A stretch of DNA of 64,000 nt from Callorhinchus milii. Taxonomy: Eukaryota. Every line of letters starts with the position of its first letter. The stretch's first letter is position 1. The DNA lies in assembly GCF_018977255.1 (NCBI RefSeq), contig NW_024704742.1, positions 27,964,001-28,028,000 on the forward strand, written 5' to 3'. This document shows positions 1-13,475 of this stretch, one piece after another. Under the pieces are notes generated by a model. That model was not told the origin of the DNA and searched no databases. It worked only from the letters and a program-made list of their open reading frames with translations. A program made the translations under genes and the position numbers.

Positions 1-52
1 ATAGAGAAAGGAAATTGAGTCAACGTTTCGGGTCCACGACCCTTTTTCATGT
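1..52 (-). mobile_element. Penelope-like terminal repeat fragment with degenerate minimal hammerhead ribozyme core
   Basis: Minus strand reads ATGAAAAA-GGGTC-GTG-GACCC-GAAA-CGTTGAC. Stem II and the GAAA box are intact; the CTGANGA box is mutated. Resembles the PLE-associated minimal hammerhead motif. Confidence 0.5.
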
Positions 53-861
53 TAATAAAGTAGTCTGAGATGAAGTGGTGGGAAAATCCACATCCCTTTC
101 AGGAATATTCCTCAAAATTAAATTAATATTGAAATATTCACTACTTTAACAATTTTCACAATGCTAAAGTTAAATTAATACTGACATATTCACCTCTACT
201 TTGACTTTTTGTTGTGTTTATCTCTAAGGCTTCCTTTCTCCCTTTTCTTGTCTCACACCTTGGAAGGCAGGTTTCTGATTGTTTGAGGCATATATTGACA
301 TTGTAACGTTCCTAATGTTCTCTAAGTTGTTGCTTTCAGTAAAATGTCAGAGTAGCTAAGATGAAGTTAAACCTCTCTGTGGCTTCACACAGAGACAGTT
401 TCCAAAACAGGAGTGGCAAGGCTGAAATATGGCTTATTTACTTCAATCACTGGCAGTGATTTTACGGTAGACGAGGGCTTTCAGGAAGGAATGCTTCTTT
501 GAACGGCTCCATTGAAGAATACTGTAAACGATTAATAGTTGTACTGTTTGCACGTCTGCTATTGCAACCAGGATCAATATTCACTCATGCACAAATGTAA
601 AAAGTAAACTCACCACATATGACTTAGTGCTTCTTGTCTGGCAGGTGCATGCTGCGTTTACAAATCAATTGAAAGTCGTGATTAAAGTCTAATGGGGGCC
701 ATGCACCTATGGAATGAGCAGAATATTTACTCTGCAGTGTGAGCTCCTGCTGTGTGAAAGGCTTGCTTGTGTCCGCGTTGCTTGTGACCTTATTTACGGT
801 GTCACTATCCCTGGTCAGACTGTCAACAGAGTCAAATTTGCAGAATTTTCTTAGGGATTCT

Positions 862-1212
862 TAATAATAATAATAATCCTTGCATTTTGTATTATGAGGA
901 ATAAGGAGAATATCTCAAAGTGCTTCACAGGAATTAAAGTGTATTGATGCATTTGTAGGCAATGGCTGCAGCTAATTTGCACAAAGCAATGCCCCACAAA
1001 TAGCCATAAAGTGAATAACCAATTTTATTTGAGGGTCTGTTCGTTAGGTGAAACATCCTTTTTTCGAGTAGTGCCATGGAATCTTTAACATGCCCCTGAA
1101 AAAGCAGGTGCATGCTAGAGATTATCAACTGCATTGGATTATCAATTTAGACTATGTCAAAGTGCTTGTACCCACAACTTTCTGACCAAAGGCGAGCGTG
1201 CTACAAACTGAG
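862..1212 (-). mobile_element. Old tRNA-derived Deu-domain SINE
   Basis: Reverse strand carries the Deu core (GTTAAAGATTCCATGGCACTACTCGAA), GTGGGGCATTGCTTTGTGCAAATTAGCTGC and an L2-like tail ending in (TTA)n. Homologous to 45128-45562. Confidence 0.75.
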
Positions 1213-1380
1213 AGAATCTCATAGATAAATACGAAATCCAGAATGAATAAATCGGGACTGCTTCTGGGATCAGAATTATGTGATGCAAACCCACAGGACC
1301 TCCACTGCAGCAAGATCTATTTTCAGAGTGGAGTTCCCTTAATTCAATGGGAATTCTAACTGGATTTCTTATTAAAGGAA

Positions 1381-3453
1381 GTGCACCTATGGTTCTCCCT
1401 CAACCTCTCTCTCCACATCCACTCCGCCACCCTGTTCCGCAGTCACCCCCTCGACCCGGAATCACTTGGGGCCTCACTGTCTCAGACCTCACCATCATCG
1501 ACAAAGCGATCTAGGACCATCGCTCAATCTCCCTTAACTCCTCAATCCCTTTCCCCACTGCCACCCAAGCCACTTCCATTTCCTTCTGCCCCTGGAAAAA
1601 AATCTCCCCCACCCTCCCTTTCGGCTGCCTTGAAGTCATCTGAACTCCTTCCCATCTGGGCTTCCTCCAGCTATGACCTATCCTCCTCAGTCACTCTTCT
1701 CCACAGCTCCCTCTCCACCACTCTCGATTCCTCACCTCCAATGCCAACTGCGATGAGATACTGGACTTCCTCAAATCCAAAGTTGAGGGGATCCTCTCAG
1801 CTACTTCTGCCCATCCATCTACTACCCCCTCCCCATCTCCCCACTCAACCCAGCTCCTACCCATCCCTCCCTCCACACCTTCGAACTCCCACTTCCCTCT
1901 CACCACCACTATAACCCGCATGAAAACCCACCTGTTCCCTCGACCCCATCCCTACCCCTCTCCTTACCTCCCAGCTCCACCTCCTTGCCCCTCTATTCAC
2001 AGGCATCATAAACCTCTTCCTGTCCACTGGTGCTGTTCCCATCCTATTAAAAACAGCCGTCATCCCTCCTATCCTTAAAAAATCCTCCCTGCACCCACCA
2101 CTGCTCTCAAACTACTGCCCCATCTCAACCTCCCTTCCCTCTCCAATCCTAAAATGAAATGTTACTTCCCAGCTTCGCTCCTTCCTCTCCCACCATTCCC
2201 TTCACGAACCCCTCTAATCGGGTTTCCATCCCACCCACAACACAGAAACAACCCTGGTCTAAGTGACAAATGACATTCTGTCCATCTGCGACCACAGCTC
2301 CCTCTGCCTCCTCGTCCTCCTTGACCTCTCTGGTGCCTTCAACAATGTTGACCACTCTATCCTCATCCACCGCCTCTCCTCTCACATCAGCCTTCATGGC
2401 TCTGTCCTTGACTGGTTCAGATCATAACTCTCACACGCCTCCACTTCATCTCCTCAAACGGCTTCTCTTCTAGCCCCTGGATCGTCTTGTGCGGCGTTCC
2501 TCAGTGCTCTGTCCTTGGCCCCCTCCTCATGTATGCGAATGACGCCCAACTGTAGCTCTCTGCCTCCACCCTTGACTCCAGGACCACTGCTGTCCTGACA
2601 GAATGTCAGTTGAATGTCAACAAGACCGAGGCTCTCCTGATTGGCTCCCGTCAGCGCCTCCACACCTCAGGCACTGACAGCATCACCATCCATGGTTGCA
2701 CACTCCACCTTACTAAGCCAGTCCGGGACCTTGGGGTCTTGTTTGACCCTCAACTATCCTTTCTACGCCACATTTATGCCATGACCCACTCTGCCTTCAC
2801 CCACCTCTGCAATGTCATTCAGCTCTGCCACTGTCTCACATCGCAGGCCGCCGAAGCCCTAATACATGCATTCATTACATCTAGGCTTGACTATGCAAAC
2901 TCCTTGCTTGTTGGCCTCCCCAACTTCTCCCTCCATAGGCTGCAGATCATCCAGAACTCTACAGCCCATGTCCTCTCCCGCACTAGGCTCCGTGACCCTA
3001 TCACCCCCAGCCTTGCCTGACTCCACTGGCTTTCCATCACACAGAGGATATTGTTCAAGATCTTGGTCTTCACCTTCAAAGCCCTCCATGGTCTTGCTCC
3101 CCCTACCTCTGTGACTTCCTAACCCCCTACCATCCTGCCCACTCCTTCTGTTCAGCGGGCACTGGCTTGCTCACGTCCCTCGCCTCGCCCGCCCCACCAA
3201 TGGCAGGTGCCACTCTGCCTTCCCCCTCTGGAACTCCATCACACAGTCCCTCCACCTTGCCTCTCCCTTGCCTCCTTCAAGATCCATCTCAAGAATCTCC
3301 TCTTTGACCGTGCTTTCGATCACCCTCCTTCCCTGCCCGGCCCTCCACCTTTCCCAATCCCCAGCTCGGGTCCAAAACACTGACTGTCCAACGCCTTGAG
3401 ACATCCTCCCGACATGAAAGGCGTTATACAAATGTTGTTTTGTTGTTGCTGTT
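1381..3453 (+). mobile_element. L2 (LINE2-clade) retrotransposon, degenerate, 5'-truncated
   Basis: ORF2 fragments (..NVNKTEALLIGSRQRL..VRDLGVLFDPQLSF..AFITSRLDYANSLL..), C-rich, frameshifted. 3' tail GACATCCTCCCGACATGAAAGGCG followed by (TTG)n. Confidence 0.93.
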
Positions 3454-4779
3454 TGCCTTTGAATCGTGAATACCTATTGAAGCATTGCAAACACTTGTCT
3501 GTTTATTTTGCATTGCTCATGAATTGTTATGTATAGATATTATAAGATGGATATTATAGAATGGTTAGCTGAGAACAATAAAACATTTTGTCATTTGCAG
3601 AAAATTCTGATAAAGCCTCATACTTTAACCTGATTATCCATTTTTTTTTCATTTTGATGAGATTGAAAATAAGTAAACACTACTAATATCCCTCAAGTGC
3701 CCTGCAGGCAAATCACCCACTCGTGATTTTTACTTTTGTGAGTGGCATATTTATGCAAGGAAAATAAACTGGAATTTTTTATGTTAAAGAAAAAACATTT
3801 GGGAAATGAAAGATTTCAATCTGTTTCATGCTGCTTTTCCTTCAAATATATTCCCTGCATCAATCGATTGCAGGATCCTTGCAGTATATACTTGTGAACA
3901 CATTACCAATGTGTTGTCAAGCATACACTAATCATGCTTTAGTCCACATCAGTGTATTGGTGTACTTTAATACTCTTAGATAATCCTTGCATTAAAATAA
4001 TGGAATCAATCATTTTATCAAAGTTTGGATATTCTGGCGCTGACCATAAAACAAATAGTTTTTGTAGAAATGGGTCATTTGGACGATATAGTAGCTATAT
4101 ATGTTTTCCCATGTCAGGAGTTTACAGGAATTCCCAGTCATATGCAACTGCAGCTGGTGGGCTTGGCCGATGGATTAATGCTAATGGATTGTTTTTGGTA
4201 AATGGTCTTATAAACAATGAGCTACTGTATGAAATAAGGAATGCCTTTTATAAGAGTAATTTACTCGTTGTAGAGATTGTTACAGAACCAAAAAGGTCAA
4301 TGCAAGTACCTTTAACGAGTACAGTAATCCATTGTGTATGTGTGTGAGGAGAAGGTTTGCAGAGGCCTAGCTTAGTCTACATTTTAATGCTATTCTTTAA
4401 GATCTAAAATGTGAGCCGAGAACTTTCAGAAGCACAGCTTTAAATTTCGCGTTTGATTGCTCCAAAATGAGTTTTTGTTTGTCCTGCAGAACCTCAGATC
4501 ACGGCAGAATCGGATTTTTAAAAAAAATAAAATCAGATAAAGAAAAACACATTTCATGGAAAATGGTGGTGGGATGATGCTAAAGTCAATAGATTTGTAT
4601 TTTTATACATTCCGTCTATATATAGATTCATAAGGAGAAGATATAAAAGAAACAAACATTCAATATATGACTAAGAAATGGTATTTCTCTTACAGCTTAC
4701 AGATTAATGCAGCATCTCTCGCAATAAAATAAATAAGTGCTTTAAAGAATGATATAAATAAAAAATGCAGTGAATAATA

Positions 4780-5135
4780 GTAATATCATTCAATGTAGTA
4801 CCTTACCATGTTGTCAAAATATCTCAAAGCTCTTCACAAGGTTTTTTTGTAAAGTGCAGTGACTGTGTAGATGAACATGGCATCCAATTTGCACACAGCA
4901 ATGTTCCACAATAGCCATGATATGAATGACCAATTTTATTTGGAGGATTGTTGGCCAGTACACTGGGAGAATAGTGCCATAGGATCTTTAATGTTCATTT
5001 GAACAAGCAAGTAGAACTTTGGTTCAGGGTGTCATCCAAAAGCCTGTAGCACTACGTTGGAGTGTCAACATAGACTAGGAGCTCAGAGTCCTTCTGTCTT
5101 AAGGCAAGCGAGTTACCAACTGAGCCAGGCTGACA
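4780..5135 (-). mobile_element. Deu-domain SINE
   Basis: Reverse strand: tRNA-like head (GTCAGCCTGGCTCAGTTGGTAACTCGCTTGCC), Deu core and L2-like tail. Confidence 0.75.
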
Positions 5136-7346
5136 CTGAATGTTCTTTGGAGGCAAACATGGTAGCTATTCTGCAACAATAACATCCCACAAATAACAAT
5201 GAGATGAACAGCTAATTAATTTGGAGTTTGGGGGTTGAATCTGAATAAAGAAATGTAAGCTAAGACAACCAGGAGGAAAACTCAATTTTTAAACAACAAT
5301 TCAGAAAAGAGGATTAAGAAGATCTCAGTTTTAATTATTTTTGTTTTAAATTAATCTTTACATTCTCATATGCTTTATAGCTATTTTGGTTGCCTCACGT
5401 GTCACCTTTTATTCAGCTAACAGAGAAGATAATTTGTTCTGAATATCTGCAGAATGGCTGCCAACACCATACCCTCCATGGTCTTTGACAGCAAATTGTT
5501 TTGTTGTGGGGTGTGAACAGGAAAAGTGCATTTTAACCATTCCTGAGAGGGAAAGCTGATTCATTGCACAAGGTGTTTGAAAAAGTAGTCCATGTAAGAG
5601 CCTGAAACCTCCATGATTGACCCACTTAATCAGTTTCCTCCAGCTTGGAAAATAACAAATCTGCAAAATCCACATTTGAGTTTTTTTTAAACAAGTGCCC
5701 GCTAATCTCCTTCTCATAGATTGCTCATGACCACAAGGAATTGATCATTGACCTCATAGGCTGTGTGTAAAATAGTTTCTGGGTTTGCCACCAAAAAAAG
5801 TCACTGCACTTGATAGTAACGACTTTAAAATTCTTAGGGAGGATTTGATGTAATACGTTCCTATAAAAATGCTATAAAAAGTTTTTTTTCTTTGTAATTG
5901 TGCTCATTCTTTTGACTCACCAGATTTGTGTATGTGGGTGCATGTGCATAATGTAAAGGAGGGACACTGAGACTTGATCCCTTGTGAAGGGCGCTATATA
6001 ACAAGTTGTTCTTGTTGTTGAGGCATTGCAAGTTAAATAGAGGTCAACATTGGATCGTTTGGCTAAGAACTGCTCAGAACTGAATTTTTTTAATATCCAC
6101 ATAGAAAGGGATAAGTCTTTTTGGAATAGGCGATGTTTAAATGGGAATGAGATGTTTCTTTGAAGCAGAGTTTTATGCACAACAGTGTTCATTAGAATAA
6201 GGAGTGGTAGGTAATTTGGGGGGTGGGGGTAAATATTGGAGCTTGTTTAGTTGCTATACTATTATAAAGCTGATCTGAGAGATTAATAGGTAGGCTTGTT
6301 CAGATTCATACATTTTATAGTTACTTAGTAGAAATCCTGGCTAGTTGCCCACTTTATCCACAATGAGAGATGCCAGCCATGTGGCCTGCAGCTCAAGCTA
6401 GTTTTTTTTATTAATCATGAATTGAATATTAAGTCAGTCCTTTTATTTAGCCCTCCTTCAGTTACCTAGCTAGTCTATAGCTGCGAGCCAGAAAGCATTA
6501 CGTTTACATGGAAAGATTTGCTGAAGATCAGTCTCAGCTGTTGTCTTCCTGGATGTTGTGCTTGGCAAGGGGTGCATGTTCTTCCATGCATCTGAAATAT
6601 TAATACAAAATATTTTGTTGAGGTTTGTGATAGCAGTATAGTGGCTGCCCTGTGGTTTTTCTATTAGAGTCCTATTGGTGATTCCAAGAAGTCAGTGGCA
6701 CCTCAAAGCAACCTGGCCTAATAAGGTTTGGAAAGCTGATACTGTCATTTCAGATAGCTTCAGGTCACAGAGCTCCAGATCTCAATGACCCAAACATATT
6801 ACTGCTTTTGTAAAAGCTTTATCATTGGCATTTTTGACTCAATCAGCAGCTGACACATGAAGGTCCCCAAAAAATAATATATATTATAGATATATATATA
6901 TATTTGCCGCTGGTTTTCCAGAGCTCTGCTTCTTTTAATGGTTGATTAGATGTGTGTTGATTTGAAAGACTTTCTGCAGCTGCATCCCAGTGCAGCCACA
7001 TGTGACTGCAAGGTTCCAACTGGTCATGTTGTTTTCTGAGACCAGGAAAAGAAGCTCTTGCCTCAGTAATAACTCCTGCAGGAACGTGCGCATCCAGCAG
7101 GTAAATCCACAAGTGGATAATCAAGAAGAAGGGTGACTGGCATCACTGTGGAGCTCTACTGGCTCTATTGTGATTCTCCAATGGCCTAGTTGACAACTTT
7201 GATTGTCGTATCATAGGGGATGGGTTAAGTTGCCACCAGACCCTTTTGCTTTGTAGAGGGAAGCAATGTGGAAAGGGTATGTCATCCTAAAGTGCACTTG
7301 TATTCCTCCTAGCATCTGGTTGTAAGGGTACTATCAGTTCACTATT

Positions 7347-8690
7347 ACAACAACAAAATTATATTTGTATAACGCCTTTCACATCAGGAGGATGTCCCAA
7401 GGCGCTGGACAGACAGAGTTTTGGACCCGAGCTGGGGGTCGTGATCGGGGAGGGTGGAGGACATGGAGGGAAGCAGGGAGATCAAAAGCACGGTCGAAGA
7501 GGAGGGTCTTGAGATGGGTCTTGAAGGAGGCAAGGGAGGGGAGCAGCCAGAGGGACTGCGGGATGGAGTTCCAGAGGGTGGGGACAGAGTGGCAGAAGGC
7601 CTGCCTGCCAATAGTGGGGCAAGCGAAACGGGGGACGTGAAGCAGGCCAGAGCCCGCTGAGTGAGGTGACAGTAGAGAATTAGGAGGTCACAGAGTTAGG
7701 GAGAAGCAAGATCATAGAGGGTTTTGAAGGTGAGGGCCATGATCTTGAACTGTCTCCTCTGTGTGATGGGAAGCCAGTGGAGTCGGGCGAGGATGGGGGT
7801 GATAGGAGCCTGGTGTGGGAGAGGACACGGGCTGTAGAGTTCTGGATGATCTGCAGCCTATGGAGGGAGGAGTTAGCGAGGCCAACAAACAAGGAGTTTG
7901 CATTGTCGAATCTTGATGTAATGATGTATGAGGGTTTCGGTGGCCTGCAGTGTGAGGCAGTGGCGGAGCCGGGTGATGTTGCTGAGGTAGTGGAAGGCAG
8001 AACGGGTCATGATATAGATGTGGGGTAGAAAGCATAGTTGAGGGCTAAACAAGACCCCAAGGTCCCGGACTGGCTTAGTAAGGTCGAGTGTGCAACCATG
8101 GATGGTGATGCTGTCAGCGCCTGAGGTGAGGAGGCTCTGAAGGGAGCCAATCAGGAGAGCCTCGGTCTTGTAAACGTTCAACAGAAGAAAGTTAGTTCTC
8201 ATCCAGGACTTGATGTCTGACAGACAATCAGTCAGGACAAGAGTGGTCCTGGAGTCAAGGGTGGAGGCAGAGAGGTGAGTTGGGTGTCATCCGCATACAT
8301 GTGGAAGTTGACCCCATGTCTGCGGATGATGTCACCAAGAGGGAGCACATAGATATTGAAGGGGAGGGGACCAAGGACAGAGCCCTGAGTAATGCCGCAC
8401 GAGATGGTGCGGGGGCTAGAAGAGAAGCCGTTTGAGGAGATGAAATGGAGGCTGTGTGAGAGGTACAATCTGAACCAGTCAGGAACAGAGCCATGAAGAT
8501 TGACGTGAGAGGAGAGGCAGTGGATGAGGATACAGTGGTTGACGGTGTCGATGGCATCAGAGAGGTCAAGGAGGACGAGAAGGCAGAGGGAGCCCTGGTC
8601 GCAGATGGACAGAATGTCATATGTCACTTTGACGAGGGCTGTTTCTGTGCTGTAAGCGGCACACAAACCCAATTGGAGGGGTTCATGAAG
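7347..8690 (-). mobile_element. L2 retrotransposon, 5'-truncated, degenerate RT
   Basis: ORF 8232..8744 contains [60 protein letters not shown]2 3' tail at ~7347-7410. Confidence 0.95.
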
Positions 8691-8976
8691 GGAACCCCTC
8701 CAATTGGGAACCCCTCCAATTATTAATTGAAATAAAGAGTGCAAATATTATGTTTACATTAACAATGTTTGGGTAGGCCTGGAAAGAGAAGAGCTGGCAT
8801 TGTATGAGGTCAGAACGGCTGTCACTTTGAAGTAATAAAGAAAGGTTGGCAATCTGTGGAGAGAGAAGAGTTGGCATTTTGTGGAGAGAGAATGGCTGGC
8901 AGTGTGAGGGGAGAATGGTCTGCACTTTGATGAAGGAGGGAGAAGAATGGACATGGTCCAGAGAGTAGGACTGGCA

Positions 8977-9200
8977 TTAATAATAATAATAATAATAATA
9001 GTAATAATAATAATAAAAATCCTTGCATTGATATGGCGCTTTTCACGTCTTCTAGACGTCTCAAAGCGCTTCACAGAATATACTGTAAAGTGAATTGACT
9101 GTATATTTGTGGGCAAAACGCGGAAGACAATTGTGCACAGCAGTGTCCCACAAACAGCCGTGGATTGAAATGACCAATTCTTTTTTTTTGAGGGATTATT
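8977..9200 (-). mobile_element. Young tRNA/CORE-like SINE, 5'-truncated, with (TTA)n tail
   Basis: Close match to the 3' half of 14418-14731; appears as (TAA)n at 8977-9015 on the + strand. Confidence 0.85.
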
Positions 9201-10533
9201 ATAGATATTCCAACAGTCAAGATTGGGATATTGACATTGTCATATGGTTTCTGTGGGGGATTATTTTTATCCTGGACTGACGGTGGCTAATATGAAAGAG
9301 AAGCTGTGCGGATCCAAGTCTGGGAGCAATCGGAGTAATAAGCAGCATGTGCATTACTGAGATAAGTAAGGGAAAAATTACACCAAGTCTAATTAAGGAA
9401 CAAATCTGCAAGTGTTCCTCAAGCTAATTAAGGAATGTGTTAAGGAAAACCGCAAATTGTATCCTTATATCTCACTATCTCTTGTATTCTCTTTCAGCAG
9501 CAAACATAGAACTGGGGTGTCATATCAAGCATAGCAGTGTACAACTCCTTGTGTACTAATATGTGCTCCTTTTGATACAGTCAAATGTTGGACAAGTGGC
9601 ATGAATATTCCACACACAATATTTTATTCATTTAAATCTCTACCTTTACTGCATAGTGTGCAGTATAAATCAAATAGGTTTTAGTTTTATGAGGTCTAAT
9701 GTCATTCAGTGGCATATTGTCTGTAAATCTCTTCACAATGTTTATTCTAAGTACCTATTTCTCACTGTTAAATGCCATTACCATAGTCTGTACTCTGCAC
9801 TTCATAATGAAACCTTGGGAGATTGCCCTGGCTCTCTCTGAGTAATCAAATAACTGCTGCAACCTTCTTTGAAGAAAATCTGTTCCTCCAGGTATTGATA
9901 GAGCTTGGTTCAGGGGAATTGAAGCCTGGCTTCCCCCCTCCTTCATCCTCCAGCCCTAGAACAATGCTAGTTGAATTAGATGAACAGTTTGAGGTTTGTG
10001 CGGTGTGTGTTAGTTGTAGCCAAAGGGGGGCACTGCTTTACCTCTGTAGTTGCAAAAATGTGGGTGTACCCTTGGTAAGGAGGTAATATAGTGTGGGGAA
10101 GAGGAGATGGACCAGTTGGACAGTGGTGGGACAGTTTCCTTCCCATTTCTATTTTGCTGCCTTTTCACCATATTACTTGACAATCCTGTCAACCAAATAT
10201 TCATCTACCTCCGTAAGTATTGCAACGTTTCCGACCTTTTGGGAAAGTGAATCATACATTTCCAGAACTCTTTGTGTGAAAAGAATGTGTTCCAATAGTA
10301 ATCTGACAGCTGCAATCAACGTCATGATAAAACATTGGATTTCACCCCTTGGGCAGCCTTTTTGTCTGCCAACCAAATACATTTTCTTGATTGAATATTT
10401 CTTGATTTATGCCATAGATCAAGAAATATTCAATCAAGAAAAAACTGGAAACAAAACATTGATTTAAAACGGCTTCATCTAGACGAGTGCAAATGTTTGG
10501 CAGGAATGGGTTGGCCACCACTGGCGTTAAGTG

Positions 10534-10614
10534 AAATCTAAGATCTCACTTAAATCTAAGATCTCACTTAAATCTAAGATCTCACTTAAATCTAAGATCT
10601 CACTTAAATCTAAG
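10534..10614. repeat. Perfect 18-bp tandem repeat (AAATCTAAGATCTCACTT) x4.5
   Basis: Units start at 10534, 10552, 10570 and 10588, with a partial unit at 10606. Confidence 0.97.
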
Positions 10615-10629
10615 CATATTCAATTTAAG

Positions 10630-12090
10630 AGGAAAGGAGACAAAAATAATGAGGCAGTGAAAAGCAATTCTATGACGGACGGACACCAGGGAGTATTCAT
10701 TTATCGACAGGATAATAAGAGGTTGAAAGGGGTTACCAAGAGGGATAGACAGAACACTTGTTTATTCAGGATTAGCTTGGTGTTGAAATGGGTAGACAGT
10801 AGGCTTGGAATTGTGGAAGAATTAGATAATTTGAGACAAAAGACTTTCTTCATTCAAACCTTCCCTTGTGAACACTTGGAGATCATGAGAAAGTCATTTG
10901 ATGATCATCAGAATAAGTGTTGCAAAAGGCAATGGAAGAGAAATGTATGATCTGAAGAATTTATTTCTTGGCTATAAAAGTTGACAGAGCGATGAAGTTC
11001 ACAAAGAGCTTAAGATGTGCTACATTAATTATAAGTATCAGTTTTCAATAATAAATACTGGACTAAATCCTGATCCACTAAATTTGGCTAAAGAATGTGT
11101 AACATATGTAGAAGTAAATAAAGCAGATGTTGTGAGGAAATGCAAGGAAATAAATATTTGCAAGGCACCTGAAACAGATGGGATACACCATAGTATCCAC
11201 AAGGAACTGAGAGGATGAAAGCAAGGTTTGATTAACACAGTAAGTTTACAAGTTCCTTCAAAACAGGGTAGATATTTGATGACTGGAGGATATTGAGTAT
11301 TTTCTCATTCTATAAAATAAAGTGATGAGGACATAGATATGATAGATCAGTAAGTCTGGCATGCAGGGGATGAAATGCTTTGCACGAATCAAATAGAAGG
11401 CCAGCAGTGGTTAACGTAACACACATATATATAAGGCAACATGAATTTTGAAGCAATAGATTAAGTCCCACAGATCTATTGAAATTCTTTCAGGTGTTGA
11501 CCAATATATTTGCACAAAGAGTCATCCAATAGATAATTAAACTAGTAATACTAATAAAATAACCATTACATTTTGTTAATGGAAACTTGTATTTGTAGAA
11601 GATATCCAATGAGGCTTTTAAAGGAGGTTAAGGCATCTTGAATTAATAACAAATTAGTGAGCTAGATTGAAAATGTGCTTGGCAATAAAAAAAAGTTATT
11701 AATAAAATCTGATTGTTTTATTTTGGGATCTTGCTGTCCACAAATTGGCTTGAACGCAATCAGATGTGAAGTGCTTTGACATTTTTGACTTCAGACTGCT
11801 ATAACATCATTATTTGAAGTGCAAAGATCATTATTATTTTTACAATGCAAAACATAGATTATTGATTTGAGGAGCTTCTTTAACTTACACTCGGGAGAAG
11901 TGGATAATATAGATTTTAAATTAAGTAGCTTTCAACTAGACTAGAGGTTAGAAGAATTATTTTTCCCACAGAGAGTGGTGGTTACATAGCATAAACTTGT
12001 GCCAAAGGTAATTGATGATGTGATCATTAAGTGCTTCTAAAAAGAGCTGTGCAAGTATCTTCACAAGAACAGATTTGGATGTGAGGATAG
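10630..12090 (+). mobile_element. CR1-clade LINE remnant, highly degenerate
   Basis: Translated pieces KAPETDGIHHSIHKEL (cf. KAPGPDGIHPRVLKEL), DWR.., and a 3' segment matching RNFFSQRVV. Many stops; a short SINE fragment lies at ~11720-11840. Confidence 0.8.
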
Positions 12091-13214
12091 GTTGAGACTA
12101 AAGTGAAGACATGCACAATGGTTTCTCTCCTCTTGGGCTACAGAAACGGGGAACCAATGTGTGTGAGGGAAGGTGATTGATTGAGATAACAATAATCCTT
12201 ACCTTTGGTAGAACACCTTTCATGTCGGGAGGACATCTCATAGCACTTCACAGAATATACTGTAAAGGGTAGCGATTGTGTGTTTTGCAGGTGAATGCAG
12301 CAGCCAATTTCTGCTCAGCAACATCCAACAAACTGCCAGGAAGTGAATTACCAATTTTATAGGGGGTTGTTGTTGGCCAGGACACAATGATACGTGGCAC
12401 TCCAGTTGACTGTTATCGGGGGCAAACAGGCTGATTGAAAACTCAGGCTTGAGATTCCACAGTTACAATTTATCTGTGCACCCACAGGTTCGCAATTGCA
12501 ATTTGATTCTAAGTTTAAAAAATAAACGTAAATACATATTTTGTATATTTTTCTTTTTTACATTTGGTCCTCCAATCAGGAGCCTGAGGCACCTTGCTGG
12601 CGTCTAAGGCAGCATTGTGTGATGATTTTATTACTCGCTGCTCATAACTCTGCCACTGTAAAAGTCTAATGACAGAGATGCCACCTGCATCAATAAATGT
12701 AGGGTTTCACACCAATGCTGTTGACTACACAACAAACGTGTGAGTTTACTACCTTTTCAAATGAAAAGCACGAGTCCGAGATAGATTATTTCCCCTGTTA
12801 TTTCCTGTTATTTCCACTACTCTTGCGGGTCCATAAATGACAGATATGATGAACTGAATGGCCTCTTCCGTGCAGTAAATTTCTATGGTACTATGTATAA
12901 CATGGGTACGCAATTAGTTCTGCAATATAGAGCATTGCATTTGCACCTTCCATCGTTGACTGGCTGGTCGGTTACTGGCGACCAGATGATGCAAACTACT
13001 AACCCGCAGATGCTGTGTATCAAAACATTTTATAACACGGGTCTAATTTTATACATGCAAACCATCGGATTATAAGACGGTCCGACTGTAATCGGTTCTT
13101 AATGCCTTGCACCACATGGATCAGCTGCGAATAAGTAATGTTTATGAGCTGAGATACTTTTGCTGGAGTAAAAGCACCAACTGTAGAAGTGCACTTTAAC
13201 TTAGGCAGCATCTA

Positions 13215-13475
13215 TAATGTTAATCCTTGCATTAGATATATATAGCGCCTTATGTCGTTGAGATCTTTCAAAGAGCTTCACACAGTCTACTGTACAGTGG
13301 ATTGTCTGTATTTTGTGGGCAAAATGCAGCAACCAGTTTTTGCACAGCAATTTCCCACAGACAGCCTTGATGTGAGTGACCAATTTTATTTGGGGGATTG
13401 TTGGCCAGGACACCAGGCAAAACTTCCTTTTCTTTTCGAATAGTGTCATGGGATGTTTAACATCCACCTGAAGGA
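13215..13475 (-). mobile_element. Deu-domain SINE, 5'-truncated
   Basis: Reverse strand: CAGGTGGATGTTAAACATCCCATGACACTATTCGAA..GTGTCCTGGCCAACAATCCC followed by the L2-like tail. Confidence 0.8.

Noticed and set aside
6255..6402. Second Helitron (CTATACTATTATAAAGCTGA ... CTAGT)
   Set aside because: It lacks the 5' TC and A flank, several CTAGs are possible ends, and the hairpin is weak.
10534..10614. CRISPR-like array or (KSKISL)n repeat protein
   Set aside because: The units are contiguous with no spacers, the context is eukaryotic, and the ORF is a by-product of an 18-bp tandem repeat running into decayed CR1.
13060..13100. Tc2/mariner-like TIR (CGGATTATAAGACG)
   Set aside because: Only one short degenerate end, and no matching partner found.
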